A stretch of DNA of 63,437 nt, the filler included, from Octopus bimaculoides (taxonomy: Eukaryota): the NCBI RefSeq assembly GCF_001194135.2. It is 7 parts of 6 records of this genome, joined end to end, with 100 filler letters (N's around TTAATTAATTAA, not from the genome) between each part and the next. Parts side by side here need not be neighbours in the genome. Positions count along the whole stretch, not along the records: positions 44,559 to 56,788 come from NC_068986.1; positions 56,889 to 59,903 come from NW_026374501.1; positions 60,004 to 63,437 come from NC_068981.1; 4 more parts are not named here. One strand, given 5' to 3'. The notes beneath the pieces are model-generated. The model saw nothing but the letters and a program-made list of their open reading frames with translations. It had not been told where the DNA came from and searched no databases. Every line of letters begins with the position of its first letter. Position 1 is the stretch's first letter. Shown piece after piece: positions 48,526 through 62,496 of the stretch. A program made the position numbers and the translations under genes.

Positions 48526-51500
48526 GATGATAATAATAATAATCCTTTCTTGTATAGACATACGGTTTATAAATGAATATTCTCGAGTTGTGGTGGCATT
48601 TCAGAAAATATTAATAATTCTTTTAAGTGTTGAAAAGTTTGATCTTAGATTGATGAATTTTGGAAATATAGCTGCTATCATATTTCGTGAATGAATCCAA
48701 CTCTTGAATGTAGAAAAGGATTCTTCTTCAAATAAGCTTCTCCAGAGCAAACGCTTTTTGTAGGATCTGGTTATCGACAATGATATGTGCGATAAATAGA
48801 AGAAATGAGATGGCTCCTCTGTGAATTGAACTTTTATTTGTATTGATTTATTTTGGCTTTCATATGAGCCTAAGTGGAGGAAACTTGTTTTTGACTCGAC
48901 TCGACGAATGAATTCTACTCAATGGTGTTAGTGACAGCATCGCACTTATGAAAATGGTGTACTTACTAGTTTTCTGAAATATCTAAACAGCTTCTGTTTC
49001 TTTATGGTCGAGAAATATGTCTATCTTCTGGATATCCTGATGTGTTTAATACAAAATAGACTGTAACTTGCAGTCTGGCATTCGAACCAAAGTCAAAGTT
49101 CAATTATAAAAGAGAGACTGAGATAGTGAACTTGGGACAAATAGTGATCTACCTCTTCTTTATAGCTTTGTGAGCTGACACGATGTAGAATGAAGCATAC
49201 TGATTCATAACACAACCAAACCATAAAAGAGAATTTGATCACATGACCTCATAGAAGGTAATTCAATACCTCATCCTCTCGGTTATCTTCTTGCCTCAAG
49301 TATTATATAAGGTTCTGTAATATTTGACAAAACACAATTATGGTAATTATACGAGAAGCATACGGAGTAAATACATAGAAATATATTGTTTGTTTCTTTC
49401 TAATAATATCATTAGAACGAGTAAGCCATAAGCTATTTGCTTGCTGATCCGATCTGTGTCTATAATAAATCGTTCTATCTCCCTCCCTTTTTCCTTTTCT
49501 CTCTTTCTCTCCTCTTGTGTATATGTCGCTCTCTCTCTCTCTCGTGCGCTCTCTCTCTCTCGTGCGCTCTCTCATTTTGTTTCTCACTTTGTTTCTTCTC
49601 TTGTTCTTCTTTCTTGTTTCTATTTCCCCCCAATCTATCTATCTCATCTCTATGAAGATATGATTCGATAAGCCCATCTGTTACATCCCGACAACCAGCG
49701 ATATAAATCCACTTTACTTTAAGTCAGAGTTGCTTTGAGAAAAAAAAAAAAGATAAACAAAACACGATAAATGGATTTAAAGTTAAAATCAGAGCTTTGG
49801 ATCTCAATCTCATTTGGTGCATTTTTCTATAGCAGAGTGAAAATCGTGAAATCAATAAATAATCTAGCTACAGAACGATGAGTTGATAGTTCGTATCCTA
49901 CCAACGACCATGCTCCGTTACCATGGTCATGGTAGTTGACAGACGCTACAGAGCAAAGGCACTGTATTGTATAATTTATGAAAATTCTTTTTTGAATTAT
50001 ATTTTTGAGCTCGAAATCTACGATAATTATAATTTTGAGGGGTACATTTCTAAGGTAAATAGAACATAACGACCACTGATAAATACATCTGACAATAAAA
50101 GATAATTTGACTGTTTATGATACATCTCTGAAATAAATAAATATTCATTGATTGATAATTAAAAAGCCAATTTAGATAAGAAAGAAGGCTCTATCTTGTA
50201 ATTGTATTGCTGTTGCCTTGCACTTTTGAAAATTTAGAAATTTAAACGTTGCACTTTCAGGGCTTTCATTTGTCACGGTAAAGCAGATTACAGTATATCA
50301 ATACAAATTGATGGAATCGATGAGGTTGTTGATGCTTAGTTCCAGATGAACTGTGCTCGCTCATAAATATGATAAAATGCATTCCAGCCGTAACCAATCC
50401 GTCTTTGTAGAGAATTTAATGCGTCGTTCATTAAATTAGGGAGATGAATGATTTGAAAGAAATGCGGTTGCTATTTCGAGTTTCTCTCGTTGACTTGTGT
50501 TAGGATATGATTAAGTGTCTAAACGTGTATATGGGCATTACTTTTATCTGTGTCCAAACATACATATACACATGAATATATTCACATATATTATCGACAG
50601 AATCATAAGATTATCGGACAAAATGCTTTTCGGTATTTGTTATGACTCTACATTCGGAATTCCAGTTCAAACGAAGTAAACTCTCCTTTCATTCTTTAGG
50701 GGTCAACAAAGTCAAATACCAGTCAGGTGGTGGGTTGATGGTATCGAGAACCGACTAAACACCCTCCCATCCCTCAAAATTGCGACCAGAAACCATTATT
50801 ATTATTTCTTCGGTTGTTTCATGTGAGTTTTTACTGCACCACCTGATGCACTTCCGTGTTCCTGAAGCGTGTGCAGCTTTTGCTCTTATTTTTGTTGGGG
50901 TTGAGGAGTATAAACACTGCAACAGCAGTGTGCTGTTTCAGCTCGTTTGTTATGCGGTTCTTGTTATATTAAGCATTAAAAAAAATATTAACGATTGTTC
51001 TGTTGTGCATGGTGTGTAACGTGAGTTGCGTTATTTTATCATTTTGCGCGAGTTGTGTCGTTTTAAATTACTAGGTGTTTGTCGTATAGAGTAGGTGTTG
51101 TGAGCGAAAATGATTCTATTTGAACCTTTCTTAACCTTCCGATCAGAAGGAATATTGTACAGCTCGCCTAGCTTGTAGGATGGCATCATTCGAAAACGAG
51201 AACGACGCGAAGTGCATTGTGACCAGCGATGTATAACTTAGATATATATTGTACTAGACATAGACTCTGAAAGTATAGAATTATATAATAATCATAAATG
51301 ATGCCACCCCTGCTAGCTACATGTGCAGGACAACATCCGCCCCCGCCCAATTGGCAAGTTATTCCGTCGCAAGGTTACCTATCTATTTACAGTTGAGTGG
51401 ATTGGAGCAACGTGAAATGAAGTGTGTTGCCCAAGAACACAACGTGCAGCTGGTCTGAATATCGAATCCACGATCACACACACACACACTGATTGTGTGT

Positions 51501-51619
51501 GTGCGTGTATGTACATATACACAAATATGTGTATGTATATATAAATATATATGTATATAGATATTAATATATGTATATATACATCTACCTACCTATATAT
51601 GTATGTATGTATATATATA

Positions 51620-51658
<39 letters not shown>

Positions 51659-52808
51659 GTTTACACACACAAACACACAGACGCACACATATATGTACAC
51701 ACATATCACACTCGATATATATGCCTAGTCAAACTTGTCGATCTGAGGGAACTTCTCCGTTTATCATTTTGGCTTGAACACCAAATCATACTTATGCATA
51801 CACATTTTTACACAAATCCATACAAAGCTGTACATGGTTTTTATGCGTATGCTGTTATTTAATGCTACTTTTTACGCTAATAAAAACGTAAACCTACACA
51901 TTTGTAGAGAATAGTGAGAAACCGGCTGAAACAAGCCCTCATACTAACGTAAACTATCAAATGATGATAAAATATAAAGCTGACTCCGATGGGGTTTGAG
52001 CCCAAAAGACGAAAGTAGGAGATAAAAAGCTATAAAAATTATTGGCCGGTGTATATCAGTGCTTCTTTCATTTATCGCTATATATAACAATTCTGTTCGC
52101 TAGAAACAATAACTACGTTGAAAGAATGTTGGTAATAATGAAAGACTTTCGAGCGCAGCACATAGCAGTCAATGTTGCATTACTTTTAATTAATAACAAG
52201 TATAATTGATAAATGTTTTCATATAAAAAATATATAGATATCATATTTACCACATTAGACGTCAAACAACTTCATATAGAAATGCACAAATTATAACTGG
52301 CAGTCTATTTATTTTATATTTTAATTAAATATCTGGAAAAAAATTCCTTGCATCTGAAACAAAGAAAAAGAGATGAAAATTAATTAAAAACAGACGTTTC
52401 TGATCATGTGCTGAATAAAACGAAAATTCATCATGAAACTATTAGATTAAAGTCAGAAATAAGCCAAACTAAATACGCCTTATTTTAATAATTGATATCA
52501 ATTGGCCTATATAAAACTAATTTCAGGAAATATAAATCAGTATTTTAGAAGTTAAATATGTATATTACACGCATACAAACATACACACAACCACATACAT
52601 ATATATATATACATACATAGATACTTACATACATGCATACACATGCGAATGCCGACATACATACATGTACACAAATACACACTTAGACAGACAGACACAT
52701 ACACATGCACATACACAGAGATATGCACATAAACGTAGTCATACTCACAGATACATGAAAATACAAGCACACAAAATCTGTTAATACAAACATGTGTTTG
52801 TATATTTG

Positions 52809-52856
<48 letters not shown>

Positions 52857-53110
52857 TATCTACCTATTTTACTGTCTGTCTATCAGTCTCTTTCTCTCTC
52901 TCTCTCTCTCCATATATATATATGTGTGTGTGTGTGTATACACGTGCACACACATACATAAGTGCAAGTGTGTACGCGCAAAAGCAGTAAGTACATTGAC
53001 AGTGATGCATAGATGGATATACGCTGAGAATACAGACTAGATATCACATATACAGCCAGCGCACACACAACATAAATTGACAATAAATATTTAAGTAGGG
53101 TGTACATACA

Positions 53111-53154
<44 letters not shown>

Positions 53155-53689
53155 TTGTCTGTGCGTGCGTGTCTGTGTGTTTTGTATGTGTGTATAACGA
53201 TAAAAATCTGAAAGTGGAAACAGATATAATCATTGACGTATAGAAGGCACTCAATGCCCTACTTATGTTGAATGAAATAGTATTTTGTTTGGTAAAATCG
53301 ACATTTACAAGAGGATGCGTCTTTATTATAAAGACGCATGAAAAAGGAGCATCAGTTCCAAATTTTGGCACGAGAGCATCAATTTTGAGGGCGGGGCTAA
53401 GTCAGTTACATCGGTGTGCGAACGATTCTACCAGATCACCGCCTTTTCTGAAAATGAAATATTAATTAAGAGTTAAATTAAGATCGTGAGATATTTTGTG
53501 AATACAATAACTGAAAGAACAACACGGAAATGCACAAGCTGTTATATACTTAAGGGGATGTAGGCGATTTTTAGTCATGTGGCAAACATGTGAAATTTAT
53601 ACAAATTAAGTCTTCTGTGAATGCAGCTTAGAGTCTTTACTTAATGACATTTTACGGGAAATGATATGGTATCACTTCATGGTGCAATT

Positions 53690-53860
53690 ATTAAAAGGGG
53701 ACGTCAATTACATCGGTTCCAGTACTCAACTGGTACTTATTTTGTTGACCACAGAAGAAAAAAGCAAAGTTGACCACCATGTACCTTGAACTCAGAAAGT
53801 AAGAGATGTCGTTACGCGTTTTTGCTCAGCGTGCTAACAATTCTGCCAGCTTCCCGTACT
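53690..53860 (-). mobile_element. SINE family B copy
   Basis: CCAGTACTCAACTGGTACTTATTTT..AAAGCAAAGTTGAC..TTGAACTCAGAA..GCGTGCTAACAATTCTGCCAGC. Confidence 0.7.
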
Positions 53861-54736
53861 CATGTCGCATTAATAATGTACAGTAATTAATGATCAGCAA
53901 ATCATTACGAGGCTTCTTACTTCTTCATAGAATTGGATTATTATACTCCAGACTAGAATTTCCGCCCTAATTAAAGCTGAATGTATAGCCAAAATAACTA
54001 TTGCCATTTTCTGTGCGATAGCATCATACATACTTTGTAACTGTCAATTTCAACCTCATTTTTTATCAATATTTCATAAAAAGTCTCTCATAAATGAAAA
54101 AATATATATATACGTGGAATGGAGGATTATTTTGTTATTTATCTGACACAATTAGAGCTTATTTATAATTACTAAAACTAAAACAGAAAGCTATATATAA
54201 ATGAGTGACCAAACTGAAGTATTTCGTTTGTGATAGCTGATAGGTTTTTATCATCCCTGCTTTAATCTATAATCTTTTAGTCTTGTAGTAGTCACAGCTA
54301 CTATTGACTCTCCTACCTCACCACACAAACACATACAACACTTATCTCTACATTACCATAGCTGTGTTTTCATCTGCCTGTCTGTGCAATCTGTCTCTCT
54401 GTCTCTCTTCTGTGATGTACATCACCAAATGTTTAATATCAGAAGACACTACCAAATAATCGTTTGATAATACTACCTCCATATGTCACATAATTTTCCC
54501 CGACGGCGTACAGAATGTAAGATTTTCCTGAACTTTCTATGCATTATAATGGATTCTTTGGTGTGTTTAGATATTCATGCACACACACACACACACACAC
54601 ACACACGCATATACATGATAGGATTACCTGTGTGTGTATATATATTTACATATATATATACATATATATATACACAGTATATATATATTTACACATATAT
54701 ATGTATATACATATGTATAAGTATATTGTATATGTA

Positions 54737-54796
<60 letters not shown>

Positions 54797-55823
54797 TATA
54801 TATTATGTGTATATGGATGTATATGTATGTATAAATAGATGCCTGTATGAGTCAACGCCTGTGTCATAGTTTGATAGCTAAATCAGATAAGAATAGTTAA
54901 ATTTGCCTTTAATCATACTCATTAACATCAACACACAGAAACTGATAAATGTACCGCACCACCACCACCACCACCACACTCGCGTGCGCACGTTAAGCAA
55001 TTTGCACGAAAATATTTTAGCAGATAACTAAGAACTTCATATGTCAATTAAACTCCTTGAAATAATAGGGAAATCTTCGTCGGTCTTTGAAAAGGAAAGA
55101 GACATTAGGCAATCTATTGTCCGATATACTTAAAGAATAGTTGGTCTCTGAAGGAATGCTTTTTATCAAGTGTGTGCTAAATATCAGCTAAACAAGGCCT
55201 AAACAACAACAGCAACAACAACTATAATATACCACTGCATATGTTAAAATACTATTTACTGCATGCAATTTAAACCTAATAGATACAGCAGTCAATACTA
55301 CTCCCTCGACTCTTCTTCTGACTCATACATATATACACATATGCATTTATTTATCAAGGATATAGTTTCTACATGATAGCTAGAATAAAATTTACTGCTT
55401 TTTAAAATTATATTGGTCAATATACACCTATCTACTATACGCACATTAAGCTTTTGCACAAACTTATACGGGAAGTCGGTCTACCTTCACTTATTCACTG
55501 TACGGTCTAAAAAAAAAACAAATGACATATTAAACAAAGTAGCTCCTAATATACAAAATGGTCACAAGACGATATACTCCTTGAAGGAAACCCGAAACTA
55601 TTATATCTCCTCTTAAAATAATTTTTTTTCCACCAGGATATCATTCCGGTTGTATATTATAAGTGCAAGGCATCGAAAGTAAATTGGTGAAAAAGCATGT
55701 TGTGTTGATAACTGAGTAAATGAATGGAATTATATGAGGCAATGTGTGAAAAGTTATTTGCAATGTTAATATACACGGGAAGACATTTACAACGCGCTTA
55801 CCCTTTCACTATCATAAATACAT

Positions 55824-55861
<38 letters not shown>

Positions 55862-55890
55862 CTATGTGTATATGTGTGTATGTGCATATA

Positions 55891-55926
<36 letters not shown>

Positions 55927-55978
55927 TGTATATATATATATATATATGCTTATACATATATATATATACACACTTAGG

Positions 55979-56024
<46 letters not shown>

Positions 56025-56891
56025 TATATACATACATACACACACACGCACACACACACACATATATATATATATATNNNNNNNNNNNNNNNNNNNNNNN
56101 NNNNNNNNNNNNNNNNNNNNNNNNNNNNNNNNNNNNNNNNNNNNNNGTAGAAAACAAATAGAAGTTTTAGTATAACGCTCGGGAATTGAAAAAGTCTTTA
56201 ACGTTTCGAGCCTACGCTCTTCCACAGAAAGGAACACAGAAAGAAACAAGGAGAGAACCAAGGAGAGAAAAAATATATATATCTTCACACGCATGCGCCG
56301 ATATTACATGTTTATTGACATTCAGGCTATAGATTTGACTTAAAACAGCGAAACAGAGAAGGAAAAACTGGAATCGTAGTGAAAAAGAATGAGGTGGTAT
56401 TGAAAGAAATGACTAGTCTAGGAATGAGTTGCATAAACCTTTATGACAGTAGAAGATAGAGTAGTAAAATCTTAGAAATGTGACCATACTGTGAATAGAA
56501 AAGGCAAGTTAAGTATGGCGGTTGTTAAAAGACGCGTACACACATAAATAGTCACATGAAGAGGTACGGAATGATTGATCATCACATTCTACACCCATAA
56601 TCAACATGAAATAATGCGTTCGTACCAGCGTATGTATGTATGTATGTATACGTGTGCCGCCCACACATATACATATTGCACATACATACAAAAAACTGCA
56701 CACCCTTATTCAGATGTACAAGTTTATACCTATATATATACTTACGAAACTTACATACATGCAATTATATAGATAGATATATATGTATNNNNNNNNNNNN
56801 NNNNNNNNNNNNNNNNNNNNNNNNNNNNNNNNTTAATTAATTAANNNNNNNNNNNNNNNNNNNNNNNNNNNNNNNNNNNNNNNNNNNNGTG

Positions 56892-56924
<33 letters not shown>

Positions 56925-57370
56925 GTGTGTATGTGTATGTATGAGATTGAATGCTTCCAACCATAAAAAACCTGCCTCAATGAATTTTTTCTGATCCATG
57001 CTACACAGAAATGAGAAAAGAAATATCTTTTATGAACTTACCCTTTGTCAAGAAACATCTATGCAAAAAATACTCAGAGAATGGATGTCTAATAAAAATA
57101 CAAGAATATATTTCGGAAGTTTCCATATTCTTCAGTTTTACCTTAAAGTAAAAGAGAAAACGAGATAATTATGTCTCCAGGAATTACATGGGTCTTGAAC
57201 AGGTTTTGAACTCTGTTCTAGATCCAGTAATTATACAGATGAGAAATACCTAACTTATTCTTCCACTCAGCAATTTTATCTCTACTTCAACTGAAATGTT
57301 CTTTCAAATAATGATAGCTTTATAAATAGTCATACAACACCATGTTTAGAGGAGCTCAGCTGTTCAAATA

Positions 57371-57715
57371 CAAGGTGCATTGCAGAAGTTTTGAGACTTT
57401 TTCAGGAGAGACATTTCTTAATTTTAAAGAAGTACAAAACTCTAATCTCCTTCAAAGCAGGGTTCTTGGACTTCAATGCACTTGTAGTGTTCCAGCTAAT
57501 TAATGAAGGCCCCATGGAAGTGCTTTAAAGAGAAGGTGTCCAGGACCCTTGTTATAGCCGCCTTTATCTTCTCAATGTTTTCAAAATCACTGTCCCTGAA
57601 GTTCTCCTTCACCTTGTGGGACAAGCAAAAGTTAGAGAGAGCAAGGGCTGGACTTTAGGGAGGGTGAGGGACAGATTTGATGGCCATTTCTGTTAAGCAG
57701 TTGGTTACCAGGATA
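57371..57715 (-). mobile_element. mariner (DD34D-type) transposon 3' fragment with TIR
   Basis: VPHPP*SPALALSNFCL..VKENF..FENIEKIK...AF...KCIE...FEGD* (compare HPPYSPDLAP.DF..LF); TIR-like CAAGGTGCATTGCAGAAGTTTTGAGACTTTT next to TA at 57369-57370. Confidence 0.8.
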
Positions 57716-58801
57716 GTAAGAAGAATAAGAGAATTCAAATCTAAAGAAATGTAGAGTACGTAAATAATATTAGGGTAAAAATGAAAATATATAAAACTTA
57801 TTAAAAAAGATATCAATAAAATAGAATTAAAAATTATTTGAACATACGCATCAATTACAGGAGGATAACGATAAGACATATTAAGTGTTAAATGTAAGAA
57901 CTATTTAAAATATATAAAGAAGTGTATTTTAGATATAAATATTTAAAAACATAAAATTGTAAAAAATATAAGGTATATAAAAATATAAAGTATACAGTGA
58001 GATATATAAATATATAAAAAAATTTAAAATATATAAAAATGATAAAGAGATAAGAATATATCTATAAGAATATATATATATATANNNNNNNNNNNNNNNN
58101 NNNNNNNNNNNNNNNNNNNNNNNNNNNNNNNNNNNNNNNNNNNNNNNNNNNNNNNNNNNNNNNNNNNNNNNNNNNNNNNNNNNNNNNNNNNNNNNNNNNN
58201 NNNNNNNNNNNNNNNNNNNNNNNNNNNNNNNNNNNNNNNNNNNNNNNNNNNNNNNNNNNNNNNNNNNNNNNNNNNNNNNNNNNNNNNNNNNNNNNNNNNN
58301 NNNNNNNNNNNNNNNNNNNNNNNNNNNNNNNNNNNNNNNNNNNNNNNNNNNNNNNNNNNNNNNNNNNNNNNNNNNNNNNNNNNNNNNNNNNNNNNNNNNN
58401 NNNNNNNNNNNNNNNNNNNNNNNNNNNNNNNNNNNNNNNNNNNNNNNNNNNNNNNNNNNNNNNNNNNNNNNNNNNNNNNNNNNNNNNNNNNNNNNNNNNN
58501 NNNNNNNNNNNNNNNNNNNNNNNNNNNNNNNNNNNNNNNNNNNNNNNNNNNNNNNNNNNNNNNNNNNNNNNNNNNNNNNNNNNNNNNNNNNNNNNNNNNN
58601 NNNNNNNNNNNNNNNNNNNNNNNNNNNNNNNNNNNNNNNNNNNNNNNNNNNNNNNNNNNNNNNNNNNNNNNNNNNNNNNNNNNNNNNNNNNNNNNNNNNN
58701 NNNNNNNNNNNNNNNNNNNNNNNNNNNNNNNNNNNNNNNNNNNNNNNNNNNNNNNNNNNNNNNNNNNNNNNNNNNNNNNNNNNNNNNNNNNNNNNNNNNN
58801 N

Positions 58802-58865
58802 ACATATTCATCTATGCTCTTGAAGGAAAACCCCAAAATATTGTATACAAAGCAGCCCTACAGTA
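58802..58865 (+). mobile_element. Possible Helitron ORF C-terminus emerging from a gap
   Basis: IFIYALEGKPQNIVYKAALQ* resembles the Helitron helicase end motif (xxAPxGKTxNIVYxxAL*); very short. Confidence 0.35.
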
Positions 58866-59478
58866 GTTATTCCTCTACTGCATTCTTCACATCTACACCA
58901 GAGTGTAGCCATTAGCAATGAGACTTCCTGCATTGCCATTCCATTGATATTTTGCTTCATTTCCCTGACTGCTGTTAACAGTACATTACATGCTGTTCGC
59001 TCATAAGCATGCTCTTTTATTTTTGTACATGCCATTATTCTATTCGTGGTTTTGCTATAAATGTTTGCTTTTCTTTATCATACATGACTTTTACTGAAAA
59101 AAAAAACTTCAATGTGGTTGTGCCAGGCATAATGAGAAAAATAAGTACATGATACAAAACACTTCAGGTAAGTTACAGGATCCTTAATACCTACTGCAAA
59201 TGCGATCTCATTCCATGGACTTTCTGAACACAAATTTAACATTTATTACTAACTGCTAAATTTGTGTTCAGAAAACTTTATTCATTACCTAAGTTGCTTG
59301 ATGCCATATCATAAACTGCTAACAAAAATAGTAATTATACATTTTACACTTATCAACTTGAAACGACTTCTAGCTGTGGGCTAATTCAACTTAAACCGTC
59401 CACAGAAGTGCACCTTTATAATGAATTACACCATCCAAAGGACAGGTGCATTTGCTAGTACATATATTTGTGTGTGTG

Positions 59479-59519
<41 letters not shown>

Positions 59520-60003
59520 CATGTGTGTGTGTATGCATGTGTATGTGTGTGTGTGTGTGTGGTAAATGATAGACAGAAGATGGAAGATACAAGAAATTTT
59601 ATTAATCACTACAATTGTTTTGACAAATCTTGCGTTGATCCCTCACAGTTGGGATACGTAACAAATGGTTCAGGAGCATCTGACTGTGCAGATGTGTCTC
59701 TTCAGGTGATAAATAGACATAACTCATTAAAATAACAGTGCCGCAATGTATCTTTTCATTTCATTTAAAGAAAAGCAGAAAATTAAAGTATAATGCTTCA
59801 TTAACATAGAAGATCAATAATAAAATAATAGATGCTGTGCCGCCTGACTGGCACCTGTGCCACTGGCACGTAAAAAGCCTTATTCAAGCATGATCAATAC
59901 CAGNNNNNNNNNNNNNNNNNNNNNNNNNNNNNNNNNNNNNNNNNNNNTTAATTAATTAANNNNNNNNNNNNNNNNNNNNNNNNNNNNNNNNNNNNNNNNN
60001 NNN

Positions 60004-60290
60004 ATTTGATCCTTTATATTGAACACTCAATATTTCATCTACATTCAATACTTTCTTTCATGGTGCCATCCATTTTTATTTTATTTTATTTTATATTGTA
60101 TATTGTATATTATATTATATATTGTATATTCCATATTCTATACCCCACATTAGTTCTGCAGGAATATAAATAAAACATAAAAAACAGACAGTGTTGGAAC
60201 TCTTTTAAGCAAAATAATATATTCCTCTATACACAATCATACAAAAAACCCCCACCTTTTTTGTATTTATTTTTACTCGCATATATATAT
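60004..60290. repeat. Dispersed ~300-bp repeat, copy 2
   Basis: Near-identical to 31-346. Confidence 0.9.
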
Positions 60291-60781
60291 ATATATATAC
60301 ATATATATATACATATCATCATCATCATCCTATAACATCCATTTTCCACAGTGGCAAACCGGAGAGCAGCGCCAGGTTCCAGTCTGATTTGGCCAGATTT
60401 TTGTGGTTGAATGTTCTTCCTAATGCCAACCACATTACAGTGTGCTCTGGGTGGTTTTAATACGACAGCAACATGGTTGCTTTGTAGGTGACATTGGCAC
60501 AGGGATCTTGCAGGCCAATCCTTTTCATCAGGGGGAGCAGCATTATTACTTCTGTTGTGGAGGATGGGTCTTCTTAAGTACAGCAAGGTGCCTGTGTGTA
60601 TGTTTGTGTCTCATTGCCTTGACATCACATGATAGCTGTAAATGAATTTGACACTGATACAAGCAGTGACCTTCATTTCTCACATTCCTTGAAAACATGT
60701 CAAGCCTAAGAGAAATAATACCTGGCAACAGGAAAGGATATCTGGCTGTAAAAAAAACCTGCCAGCATGGAAATGTGGAAG

Positions 60782-60935
60782 ATGGCTGTGCAGTTATGAT
60801 GTTTGCTCCTTAAATATGAGGTTTCAGGTTCAGTTCCAGTATGTGGCACCTTGGATAAGTGTCTTCTATGATAGCACCAGGTTGACCATTGCTTTGTGAG
60901 GGAATCTCATAGATGCAAAATGAAAATAGCCTATT
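60782..60935 (+). mobile_element. SINE family A 5' fragment
   Basis: ATGGCTGTG..CAGGTTCAGTTCCA..GTGGCACCTTGGATAAGTGTCTTCTATGATAGC..GCTTTGTGAG. Confidence 0.7.
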
Positions 60936-62094
60936 GTATGTACATGTGTGTGTGTGTATGAATGTGAATAAATGTTGATATTCCATGTTGGTCACTGTAA
61001 AAATGGTGATGTTACATTCCTTGTTGACATTAAAACTGGTTGTTTTATCATGGAAGAATAAACAATAAACAAACAAATCAAAGGCAAATCAGAATTAGTC
61101 ACAATGTGAAATAATGTTTGTAAGTTTGCATCCGCATTTCCATATTGTTATAATTATCATCGTTGTCATTGTCATTTACTGTCCATTTAACCCTGATTGA
61201 GTGGAACTATGCTCACAAATATTTCAGCAATGACCACTCAATTACTTCTTCATTGCTTAACCCAGATCTGTTCTGCTTGGATAGAATTAGGATCAAAGTA
61301 TGTCATTCTATTTGTCTGTATGGCTAGGTCTACAGAGCATCATATTTCATGTTGCGCCATCATGAAGATAAACCATTAACATGCACAGACACGCACGCAC
61401 GCACACAATAAGTTAGAGTTTCAATTACAATATATTGGTCTGCCTGAGGTTATAATGGAAGACATTTGTGCAAGATGACACCTAGTGAAACTGAACCCCA
61501 AACTACATAGCTGTGAATATATATCATCATTATCATTTAACGTCCATTGTCCATGCTGGCATGGGTTGGACAGTTTGGCCAGGTCTGGCAAGCTGGGAGG
61601 CTGTACCAGACTCCAGTCTGTTTTGGCATGGTTTCATTGGCATGCACAAGGTATGTATTTTGCTAGTTTGTGGGTGGGCTGTGTTTATAGGCATAAGAGA
61701 ATACATTTTCCTCATGCGCCTGGGTTTAAAACATCTTGAAGTCATAAACAAGTGAGATATTTGTTTATAAATCTTCGATATTGTTTATATTCCTGAAGCT
61801 TCTGATGGTTCTTACACCGTTTCACACATAGTCATAGACACCGATTTAGCATCAGGCCTTATTTTGGATAGGTGGTATTGACAAGGTACGAAATTGATGA
61901 AATATCGATGTCTTTTGCTACTGAATGGGTTCTGATGAGAGTTATCTCACTTGTCAATAACTTAAAGGTGTTTTAACATCAGGTGCTTGAAGAGAATATA
62001 TTCTCTTATGCTTATAAGTAAAGCCTACCCATGAACTAGTGGAGGCGCAAGAAGTTATTCCAAAATTCTGACGACTTTTTTTTCAATATATATA

Positions 62095-62343
62095 TCGTCG
62101 TCGTCGTTTAACGTCCACTTTCCATGCTAGCATGGGTTGGACAATTTGACTGAGGACTGGTGAAACCAGATGGCTACACCACGCTCCAATCCGATTTGGC
62201 AGAGTTTCTACAACTGGATGCCCTTCCTAACGCCAACCACTCAGAGAATGTAGTGGGTGCTTTTACGTGTCACCCGCACGAAGGCCAGTCAGGCGGTACT
62301 GGCAACGGCCACGCTCAAAATGGTGCATTTCATGTGCCACCCG
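62095..62343. mobile_element. Dispersed retroposon-like repeat with (TCG)n/(TCA)n end (relatives at ~60315-60480 and ~61520-61640)
   Basis: (TCG)n-TTTAACGTCCA..TCCATGCT.GCATGGGTTGGACA...CTCCA.TC.GATTTGGC...CTTCCTAA.GCCAACCAC is shared among the copies; a trinucleotide tail suggests the 3' end of a minus-strand LINE/SINE. Confidence 0.7.
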
Positions 62344-62496
62344 NNNNNNNNNNNNNNNNNNNNNNNNNNNNNNNNNNNNNNNNNNNNNNNNNNNNNNNNN
62401 NNNNNNNNNNNNNNNNNNNNNNNNNNNNNNNNNNNNNNNNNNNNNNNNNNNNNNNNNNNNNNNNNNNNNNNNNNNNNNNNNNNNNNNNNNNNNNNN

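Noticed and set aside
49300-50330. Repeat-poor segments that could be host exons or conserved non-coding elements (e.g. GA|GTAAGC near 49420, small imperfect hairpin at ~49899-49935)
   Set aside because: No ORF, recognisable miRNA or paired splice signals could be supported without transcript or conservation data.
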